From assembly GCA_028534125.1 (NCBI GenBank), contig CM052817.1, positions 47,494,001-47,558,000 on the forward strand: 64,000 nucleotides of DNA, in the 5' to 3' direction. The notes under the pieces are model-generated. The model saw only the letters and a program-made list of their open reading frames with translations. It searched no databases and was not told the origin of the DNA. Origin of the DNA: Lama glama (Eukaryota). Position 1 is the first letter of the stretch, and each line of letters opens with the position of its first letter. Of this stretch, positions 12,141 to 23,179 are shown in pieces. Position numbers and translations under genes: made by a program.

Positions 12141-14368
12141 TTCTAAAGTAGGCACACTGGGAAAAGTTATGAATGAAGATACTTCATAGCCTCAGAACTA
12201 TTTGTAGTTAATAGGGCTGTGTATAAATAAAATGTGCCAGGAGTTATTCCACTGTGTTTCTTTGAAATGCTTGACATTGCCCACTTGATAAATCATAGGC
12301 AAGAACCTTGTACAGCACAGGAGGAAACAGGGACAGAAGTCTTCTTGATTGAATAAAAGCAGTGATTGAAAGAAAAAAGCTTCCTTCTTCCTTCTCAGGT
12401 TCCTCATGCAATGGAAAAAGAGATTCTCTTCTCTTACCAGAAAACCACCTATTTCAGGAGGGATGCGAAGGCCAAACCAAAGGTGTCTTACAGCAAAATG
12501 AACTGTCCTAAAATACGTATTCAGCCTTCTTCATTCATGCATCAGACTTAATGACATGATGACATTGCTAGTATGTTTCCATTGGACACTGTCGCTGACA
12601 GTTCTGCCCAAAAGAGCCATTTTTAGAACTGGGAGCTTGTGTATGAATTTCCTATTTGCACGCTAGCTATCACGACCTTTCACATTCTCAAGTGTGTGAA
12701 GAGACTTGAGGATGAATAGTAAAGTTGTTTCCAGGTGTAGTCGCTTGCCCTTGATGTGGGTTTACAGCTCTTAAAAACAACTTTTGAGGAAAGCCTTCTG
12801 TTTGATGTGGATAGTGGGGAAGGTTATTGACATGTTGTGGAGCCAGTGTGATTCCCTGATGAGGAGAAAAGTCTCGGTTAATGATCTAGCGTTTGGGCTT
12901 CCGTCAAAGTGAATTACAGTATAGCTTTCAAGCCTGAGTAGTCACATTCAGAGCTTGTGCCCATGTTTGAAGGGGAGGGTGCTGGTGTTTCCATATATTT
13001 TTAAAAGTGGCAAGGGTGTGAGTGAGATCTGTACTTCCACTACTCCTGATCCTGTGTAGCTCAGGCTTAGTCATCAATCTTCTTGGCCCAGAGACACCAC
13101 TTTTCCCCCTCAACTCGACTAAAACCACAAAGGTGGAGAGGAAAATGCCCATTCATTAATGTCAGACACTGAGTCAAATGGCTTACAGGCCCCAGCACAA
13201 CGTTAAATAAGCCTCCATATAAAGCATGAGTCAGAATTGGTCCTGGCAGACTTGTTTTTAGATATGTGGTTGTTTTAGACATCAAGGCAGTTTGCAAAAA
13301 TATTTTCCAGGTTTTATATAATTTGAAATGGAAATGAGTATTCTTTCAGTTCTATACCCGCAGCTTTGAACAGTGTCTTTTATTTTAGTATCCAAATGAT
13401 ACATTTCACTCTTCAATTCACCAAAACATTTTCTTCACTAAAACGATGGTAACCTGAAGGCAGATAATCTAGAAAATTAGAACCCAAGACTGCCTCTCAC
13501 TCTTTCTCTACGTAGATAGAGGATATAAAGATATGTATATATGTGGATATCTGTTTCTCTCTCTGTGTAAATATGTGTATGTTTATCTCTTTGGAAAGTT
13601 AAAAAAATTAAATTCCTTCCATGGCATAAAATAGTTTATACTTCTACTTTTCTGCAGATACATGTGATTTTCAGACTGATTTCTTACTTTGGTATCTCAC
13701 GAATTCAGATATATAGCTATCGAAATGACCTGCTCTCCAGACAATGGCCAGTGCAAATGTACAAGACCTACAGTGTCCCCACAGCAGCATTCACAAGAAG
13801 ATCAAATTCATAAGAAATAAAGTAATATATGGTGACCGATAATCATATTACTGAATGCTATTGTGTTGCCATGCTCTACTCTGATTTTTAAGTTAAGGCT
13901 ATTGGAAAAAGAAGCAACTTAAATTTATGTGATACAAATTCTACACTCCATGATTAAAGTAACTTAAATTAACCACTGTAAACTTACCAACCTGTGATTT
14001 TTAAACTTATAGGCTCCATGTGTTAGCCTGCACATGGTCTTTACCCCCACTTTCTTTGTTCTGCACGGAGGATGCAGCTGGAGGAAGACTAAACTAGTTT
14101 TATCCTCATGGAACAGTCTGGCGTGGTGGCACTGCTCTCTGTGCAGTAATGTTATTTTACTCTCAATGTTGCTGCCCTGTGTTGAATTTACAGGCGGTCT
14201 ATCTAATCACATGTATGTGCACATTATTTAAGGAATAAACTGAGAAACAGCATCTCAGTGACTATGGACGATAATTTAGGCCCCCCCAAAAGATCTGTTT
14301 TTGTAAGAAGTTATTAGAAGGCCCATTGGGGAAACTGAAATGCCTGGGTTCCTTTTGTTTCTCAATAG

Positions 14369-14568
14369 AATCGGATCTGGAAGGCCTTGATGATCTAGGT
14401 ACTGTTTACGGCAGCGTTGACCAGCAGCTGAACGAAACCATGAGGCGCCGCAGACACGCAGGAGAAAACGATTACAACATTGAGGTGCTGCTGGGAGTGG
14501 ATGACTCTGTGGTCCGTTTCCATGGCAAAGATCACGTCCAAAACTACCTCCTCACCCTGATGAACATT
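14369..14568 (+). CDS. ADAMTS3: ADAMTS3 coding exon (~exon 5): end of prodomain, furin site, start of metalloprotease domain
   Basis: ctcaatag|AA acceptor, AACATT|gtgagt donor, 200 nt, phase 1 to 0. Encodes [67 protein letters not shown]. Confidence 0.97.
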
Positions 14569-16039
14569 GTGAGTAGTGACTCCTTTTCGAGGCTTTTCGA
14601 TCTTTTAATTCGTATCTCCTGTTTTGCTCAGAGCTCTTGGAAGCCTCAGTGAGGGCTTCCATGACTGTGCCCCACATCCAAAATGTGTACATGACTGCAT
14701 GCAGTTCATAGTGTGATCTACATATTTAACAAGCAAGCGTGCAAAAATAAAGGAAGCGCGAAGTCAAATTTTCTTTTGAGTGATCAACTAGTTTTCCCTT
14801 GTTATCAAAGGGAAATTCTAAATTTAAAAATTTATACTGAGATGGAGCTATGACGTGAATTACAATTTTCATTTGGTTTGGGGGATAATCAAAACTCTCA
14901 AGACTTTGTCCATCTGACTGGATGTGGACGATGAAGAATGAGATAGTTCTTTCCAGCATCATTTTGCATCCCAGGATGACAAGGAATTATTGAGGCCTGA
15001 TAACTGTGTGGATGCTTGTTGCTAAGCTTTTGAATACAGTGATATTTTTCAACATTATACAATTAACGGTAATATATGTGCAAAGCACAGCCAACTCCTG
15101 GCCCAGTGCTGCAGTGCAGTTATAAAGGACTCTTTAAATTTGTTCTTTATTTCTTCTCTATGAGCCTTAATCTTATCCAGAAGAAATTTAGTCAATATCC
15201 TCCAACTGGTGTTCTTTTTTCTCTTGTGAACTGGCAGAGAGCAATTGAGGAGAAATAATAAATCATCTACTTCTAAAAGGTAATTGAGATAGTACTGCAT
15301 TCTATTTTACATATTTTATCTCCTAGAATTACAAAATACATATTATATTGATCTAGCAAGTATATTACCTAAGCCTATTCTCTCTCTTTCAGACTTCAGC
15401 TTTTTAACGGAATTTCTTTGGGTATCTTACCTTCTTTTTTTCTATACTTAAGATTAAATTTTCAACAATTATACTGGAGAAGAAAAATTATTAATTTTAT
15501 TAATCATGGTTTTATTTATTCTAATATTTAAGCTAATATGTTAAATATATATTTTGTTCATTGAGATGCCAGCATATAAAATTCTTCATATACCATGTTT
15601 CAGTGAAATGAAAAATGAGTATAGAAACTCAGACATATTTTTGTTTGTTCATTGGCACTAATTCCTGTTATGAGGACCAATTCTCACCCAGAAAACAAAT
15701 CCCCGTAGAGATGTTATTTGCACTTGCCTCATTTGTTGTCCCTCTGGGCTGCTTTCTCCTACTACTAAGGAGTCAGTCCATCATTTCAGACTTATCCGGT
15801 ACCTAACTGGTGCTCAGAACTACAGAAGGCTCTTGGAGTAACACAGCAGGGACTTGATATGGTTCGTGTCCTCGCAGTACTTACAATTTAGTCAAGAACA
15901 AAAAAAGAGGTAAAAAAATGCAAAAGTTGGGCAATAAAAGGCATGCTATTATTAAGACATATTGGTAGGTGCTAGGTTATAAATTCTGTAAGACTTCAGA
16001 GGGGAGCAGCAGTCACCTGAGCTGTGAAGTGTTGAGAGT

Positions 16040-16190
16040 GTTAAGTTGGGACTTGGGAGGCAGAGGCTTTAGTTCAGCTCTGTTACTGGTTGGCTCAGTG
16101 ACCTTAACAAAATCATGTGCTTCCTGGGATTTAGCTTCCGTATTTATAAAATGGAGGGATTGAACAAGATGTTTGCTAGTTCTGTAATTC
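16040..16190 (+). mobile_element. MIR SINE fragment
   Basis: gtgaccttaacaaaatcat..ttagcttccgtatttataaaatggagg. Confidence 0.65.
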
Positions 16191-16760
16191 ATCAGGATGC
16201 TGGGTGTTAACCTGGGTCTTTAGGGATTTATTTTTCTATTTTTTAAAATTTATTTTCTTTTAGTTTTTTTTAAAGGGCACATGAAATTGTAAAGATTTTC
16301 TAGGTAGAATCTATTGACAAGAAAGTAGAAATGGATATAGTATATTCACCAGACTGTAAGTTTAGGTATCAAAGAATAAACGAAGCACTGCATTTTTGGT
16401 TTTATAACCATCAGAAAAGACTGTTGTTTTTAAGACCATTAAAAAGTTTAAATAATAGGCTGAGTCTCTGTCCCAAATACTCAAAATTATTCCAAAGTTA
16501 ACAGAGTATCAGAGAAAGGAACTAGAAAAGAGAAAATAATTTTAAAAACTTAGTAAGTTCATTGCATCTGAAATAATTAACATAGGTAGAGGTGTTGAAG
16601 AAGTAGTAATAACGCTCCCCTCTTCCCTTCCCAAATTCAGGACCAATGGAAAGATAGATATGGTGAACAGACAGATGAAGAATAAATAGTTTTATTATTG
16701 ATGAGAGCTACATTGCACATGACTTAAGTTTATAACCACAAAGCCTTTCTTATTCTAAAT

Positions 16761-16987
16761 TAGTGATTCTCAGCTGAGGGCAGTTTGTGCCAGCCCCACC
16801 ATCTGGGGACATTTGGCAATGTTTGGAGACATTTTGGTTGTCATAACTGGGAGCAGATGCTACTGGCACTAGTGGGAGATGCCAGGGATACTACTGAACA
16901 GCCTACAACACAAGGGCAGCCCTACACAAAAATAAATATGACTGATCCAGTCTAAGATGTCAACAGCGCTAAGGTTTAGAAACCAAG
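16761..16987. mobile_element. MER20 hAT MITE
   Basis: gggacatttggcaatgtttggagacattttggttgtcataactggg core; perfect 8-bp TSD TTCTAAAT at 16753-16760 and 16988-16995. Confidence 0.9.
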
Positions 16988-18159
16988 TTCTAAATTAGAC
17001 AGTCGTACTCACAACCCCATCCCTCTCTGACCAGATAATTTCAGTTTTCCTTTGCAGGACAGGTAGAGAGCTGTAAACACGGCAGACAGAAGACTGAATC
17101 TCTTCCTCTCCTCCCTGCACCCAACCCCATTGCCCTACTGTAGACTGTTAGATCCAGAACACTGAGATGAGCATGCCTTATCTCAAATTTATCAATTAAA
17201 TAAGAGTTGGAGGCACGAAGAAAACCAATAATGATATTTTAATGAAACTGTCTCATGGAAATCTGAAGCCAAGAAAATTGGGTTTTTTCCTTGATGATGT
17301 TTGAATAATTATTAACTCCTATGCTAGCCGAGATTTATGACTTTCTGTGGTTATCCAAAATCATGGCTCACAAAAGTTGAGCCCTTCACAAACAGAGAGG
17401 CTTTCTTGACATGTCACATAGGTTCAGACAGAAACTGTAGAAGAAAATCAACAGCAAAAAGTCTATTTCCTTGCATTGGTTTTGAACAGAAACATGTCCC
17501 TGTGGTAGAGAAAAAAGCGAGATTTCCTTTAATCTCATTTGGCACCTTTACCTTAATTAACTAGTTAGCAAATACACTCCTCTTTTCGTTTACCTGGTAG
17601 TCAGACATGGTTTCCATACCAAAACCCAGGTGATATTTACTACACAGTTCCTGAATTAAGGGAGTACTTTTACGTCCAAGTGATTTGCTTCATGGTTGTC
17701 TCTTTAATTTAAACTGAACTCCTTTTTAAAGAGATGCCGTATTTATTTCATGCTTTCTTATCTTGAAAAAGGTTCTTATATTATTAAGTGTTAATCATCT
17801 GTTTAATGAAAGAATGGATAAATGAACAAATGAGTATATATAAGATAGACATGGATTATGAACAATCTTGAGAGGAAGAAACTTTGGACTTGAAATAAGA
17901 GGATATAAATGACAAATGAGATCTTTAATCAGCTTAATGATATAATGAAAGCAGTGTTTAAGAAGTAAATTAGAATTTACTGGATGTGATATATTTTTTT
18001 CAAGTATATGACAAGATGGGAACTATTATTACCTTCTTTTTTCCCTAGAGGAAACAGAGGCTTTAAATGTTAATAAAATTGAGGTAAATTTTTAAAATCA
18101 TTTGAAGTTTGTAAAACAGTCTCAGATAATGATAATACGGTGATGGTAATTATTAAAAG

Positions 18160-18305
18160 AAGACAGGGTGGAGCTTCTGTGTTGATGAACACATGGTGCT
18201 GGGAAGGTGGAAACCTGGAAGGAGCATGCTCTATCCCCCTTCCCCCAGACCTTGCCCTGTGCATTTCTTCCATTTGGCTGTTCCTGAGATGTATCCTTTA
18301 TTAAA
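18160..18305 (+). mobile_element. MER21-like LTR fragment
   Basis: gaacacatggtgctgggaaggtgg..ccttgccctgtgcatttcttccatttggctgttcctgagatgtatcctttat. Confidence 0.65.
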
Positions 18306-20028
18306 AAACAACGAACAAAAACAAGTAAAAAAAATACTCATAAATGTGTAGAACAAATAAACAAATATGAATATATTTTAGAATAGTGTGACTAATTCCC
18401 ATTCTTAGATTCTCAGCAAGCTTTTTCTGTTTCAAATAAGAGATATGTGATATATATTAAGCCTTTATTGGGATTTTATATCATTGTATGTTATATTGAG
18501 AAATTTAAGTTTTACAGTTTTGTAACATTGCTGACTTCCTAAGAAAGTCTTCTGAGCTTTGGATCATATCTCCTTCTATAAATGTTGATCTATTGCCTAC
18601 TATAGGCAAGTCTTATCTTAGACATAGGGAATGTCCCAATGAACACAATAGAAACTCTACTCTCTTGGTACTTGGAATAGGAGACAAATAATAGTCAAGA
18701 GAAGAAATAAATATGTTATCTTTGGTAGTGATAACTACCAAGAAGAAAAATAGATAAGAGTAAAGGAATATTGTCAAGGAGAGAGGAGGAGGGACTATTT
18801 TGAATAGGAAGTTAGAAAAAGCATCTCTGGGATATCATGTGGGCAGAGATAAAAAAAATTCTGTGAGGAAGAGAACCAGACAGAGTTGAAGAAAAAGTGA
18901 TCCAGTCTGATGGATCATGTTTTATAAAGGAAAAAGCTACAGAATCAAGGAAAATCTACTGACTTACAACAGAGTCACAAAAACCAAAAAGAAAAGAAAT
19001 CAAGCTAATACAAAAGAAAATTATCAAATCACAAAAGTAAACAAAAAGAAAAAGAAAGGAACAAAGAAGAAATACAAAATCAGCTGGAAAACAAAATTTT
19101 AAATGGCAATGAAAACGCATTTATCAATAATTACTGTAAATGCCAATGGGCTAAATGCCCCAATCAAAAGATATAGTGTGGCACATTTGGATGTTAAAAC
19201 AAGAACCAACAATATGCTGCCTACAAGAGATCCACTTTAAGGTGAAGGACACATATAGATTGAAGTTAGAGGATAGAAAAAGATATTTCATGCAAATGGA
19301 ATGACAAGAAAACAGGGGTAGTAATACTCATATAAGACAAAATAGTCTTTAAAACAAAGGCCATAAAGAAAGATAAAGAAAGACACTATATAATGATCAA
19401 AGGAACAACACAAAAATAGAATATCACACTTGTTAACATAGATACACCCAATATAGGAGCACCTAAATATGTAAAACAAATACTAACAGAGATACAGGGA
19501 GAGGTTAATGGGAACACAATAATAGTAGGAGACTTTAATACCCCATTAACATCATTGGACAGATCTTCCAGATGGAAAATCTATAAGGCAATGGAGATAC
19601 TAAAAGACAAAATAGAACAGTTAGACTTAGTTGATGTTTTCAGGACATTACATCCCCCCAAAATAGAATATACATTTTTCAAGTGCACATGGAACATTCT
19701 CTAAGGTAGACTACATACCCAGACACAAAAGAAAGTTCAACAAATATAAGAGGATAGAACTTATTTCAAGCATCTTTTCTGACCACAATGGAATGAAACT
19801 AGAAATCAACCACAGAAAGAAAAATGAGAAAAAAATGACAACATGGAGACTAAACAATATGCTACTAAAAAAACAATGGGTCAACAATGAAATCAAAGAA
19901 GAAATTAAAAAATACTTTGAGACAAATAACAATGATGACACAACCACACAAAATCTATGGCATGCAGCAAAAGTAGTCTCCAGGAGGGAAGTTTATAGTG
20001 ATACAGACCTTCGTCAAAAATAAGAACA

Positions 20029-20578
20029 AGCCAAGACATGGAGACAGCCTAAATGTCCATCAACGGATGACTGGATAAAGAAGATGTGGCATATTTTTAC
20101 AACGGAATACTACTCAGCCATAAAAACTAACAACATAACACCATTTGCAGCAACATGGATGCTCCTGGAGAATGTCATTCTAAGTGAAGTAAGCCAGAAA
20201 GAGAAGGAAAAATACCATATGAGATCGCTCATATGTGGAATCTAAACAAACAAACAAACAAAGCATCAATACAAAACAGAAACAGACTCATAGACATAGA
20301 ATACAAACTTGTGGTTGCCAAGGGGGTGGAGGATGGGAAGGGATAGACAGGATTTCAAAATTGTAGAATAGATAAACAAGATTATACTGTATAGCACAGG
20401 GAAATATACACAAGAGCTTATGGTAGCTCACAGAGAAAAAAATGTGACAATGAATATATATATGTTCATGTATAACTGAAAAATTGTGCTCTACAGTGGA
20501 ATTTGACACAACATTGCAAAATGATTATAAATCAATAAAAATGTTTAAAAAAAGGAAACATTAAGAGCTAGAAAAAAA
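20029..20578 (+). mobile_element. Younger 5'-truncated L1 inserted in host L1 ORF2
   Basis: L1 3' end with AATAAA and polyA inside ORF2; TSD aaaaataagaac (20016-20027) / aaaaacaagaac (20579-20590). Confidence 0.88.
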
Positions 20579-23179
20579 AAAAACAAGAACGATCGCAAAT
20601 AAACAATCTAACCTACCACCTAAAAGAATTAGAAAAAGAAGAACAAATGAAACCTAAAGTCAGCAGAAGGAAAGAAATAATAAAGATCAGGGAAGAAATA
20701 AATAAAAGAGATTTCAAAAAACAATAGAAAAAATTAATCAAACCAAGAGTTGATTTTTTGAAAGAGTAAACAAAATTCACAAACCTCTGGTCAGGCTCAC
20801 CAAGAAGAAAAGGGAGAGGACACAAATAAACACAATAAGAAATGAAAATAGAGAAATTACAACCAACATCACAGAAATACAAAATACTATAAGAGGATAC
20901 TATGAACAACTATATGACAACAAATTGGACAATCTAGAAGGAATGTGAGTTTCTAGAAACATACAGTCCACCAAAGCTGAATTAAGAAGTAGATAACTTG
21001 AACAAACTGATCACTAGAAGTCAAGTAGAATCAGCAATAAAAAACTTCCCTGCAAACAAAAGTCCAGGACCAGATGACTTCACTGGGGAATTCTAACAAA
21101 CATACAAAGAACTCATACCAATCCTTGTCAAACTCTTGCAAAAGATTGAAAAGGAAAGAGTACTCCCAAACTCATTCTATGAAGTCACCATTACCTTGAT
21201 ACCAAAAGCAGATGAAGACACTGCCAAAAAAGAAAAATATAGGCCAATATCATTGATGAATATAGATGCAAAAATCCTCGACAAAATAGTAGGAAAAAGA
21301 AGCCAACAAAACATAAAAAAGATCATACACTATGAATAAGTTGGATTCATCCCAGGGACACAAGGATAGTTCAATGTATGCAAATCAATCAACGTGATGC
21401 ACCATATCAACAAAAGAAAGGAGAAAAATCACATGATCATCTCAATAGATGCAGAAAAGGCATTTGATAAAATTCAGTATCCATTTATGATAAAAACTCT
21501 TATTAAAGTGGTATAGAGGGAACATATCTCAATAATAAGAACTATTTATGACAAATCCACAGCCAGCATAATACTCAATGGTGAAAAGTTGAAAGCCTTC
21601 CTGCTAAAAGCTAGAACAAGACAAGGATGCCCACTCTCACCACTTCTATTCAACATAGTCTTGGAAGTCCTACCCATAGCAATCAGACAAGGAAAAGAAA
21701 TAAAAGTGATCCAAATTGGAAAAAAAGAGGTAAAATTGTCACTATACATGGATGACATGATAGTATATATAGAAAACCCTAAAAGCTCCACACAAAAACT
21801 ACTAGAGCTGATAAAAGAATTCAGCAAGGTAGCAGGATACAGGATTCTCATACAGAAATCAATTGCATTTCTTTACACTAACAACAAAATATCAGAAAAG
21901 GAAAGTAAAGAAACAATCCCTCTTAAAACATCATCCAAATAAATAAAATACTTAGGAATAAACTTGATCAAGAAAGTGAAAGACTTATACACAGAGAACT
22001 ATAAAATACTGATTAAGGAAATTAAAGATAACTTAAAGGAATAGAAAGATATCTCATGCTCTTGGATTGGAAGAATTAATATTGTTAAAATGGCCATACT
22101 ACACAAAGCAATCTACAAGTTCAATGTGATCCCTATCAAATTAACCAGGACATTTTTTCACAGAACTAGAACAAATAATCCTAAAACTTATATGGAATCC
22201 CAAAAGACCCAGTATTGCCAAAGCAATACTGAAGAAAAAGAATGAAGCTGGAGGAATAACAATCCCAGACTTCAGACAATACTACAGAGCTCCAGTAATC
22301 AAAACAGCATGATATTGGCACAAAAACAGACCATATGGATCAATGGAACAGAATAGAGGGACCTGAAATAAACCCACAGACTTATGGCTAATTCATCTTC
22401 AACAAAGGAGACAAGAATATACAATGGCGAAATGACTGTCTCTTCTGCAAGTTGTATTGGGAAAAATGGACAGCCACATGTAAATCAATGAAGTTAGAAT
22501 ACTCCCTCATACCACACACAAAAATAAACTCAAAATGGCTTAAAGACTTGAATATAAGGCAGGACACCATGAAACTCCTAGAAGAAAACATAGGCAAAAG
22601 ATTCTCTGACATAAATCATAGCAATATTTTCTTAGATCACTCTCCCAAGGCAGAAGAAATAAAAGAAAAATTAACACATGGGCCCTAATCAAACTTGTAT
22701 GCTTTTGCACAACAAAGGAAACCATAAACAAAACAAATAGACAACCTATGGAATGGGAGACATATTTGCAAATGATGTAACTGATAAGGACTTAATTTCC
22801 ATAATATGTAAATAGCTCATACCAGTTAATAGCAAAGAAAAACAAACAATGCAATCCAAAAATAGGCAGAAGACCTAAACAAGCAATTCTTCAATGAAGA
22901 TACACAAATGGCCAATAAGCACATGAAAAAATGCTCAATATCACTAATTATCATTAAATACAAATGAAAACTACAATGAGGTAACACCTCACTCCAGTCA
23001 GAATGACCATCCACAAATGATAAATACTGGAGAGAGTGTGAAGAAAAGGGGACCCTCCTACACTATTGATGGGAATGTATTTTGGTGCAGCCATTATGGA
23101 GATTCCGTTAAAAACTAAAAACAGATTTACCATATGATCTAGCAATACCACTCCTGGGCTTATATCTGGACGGAACTTT

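Noticed and set aside
14569..14652. Exon ~5 frame continuing 27 codons into the intron (possible truncated isoform)
   Set aside because: Length expected by chance, the donor is strong, and there is no transcript evidence in the sequence.
21136..21942. Reverse transcriptase ORFs as a novel or domesticated RT system
   Set aside because: Ordinary L1 ORF2 fragments broken by stops, frameshifts and two insertions.
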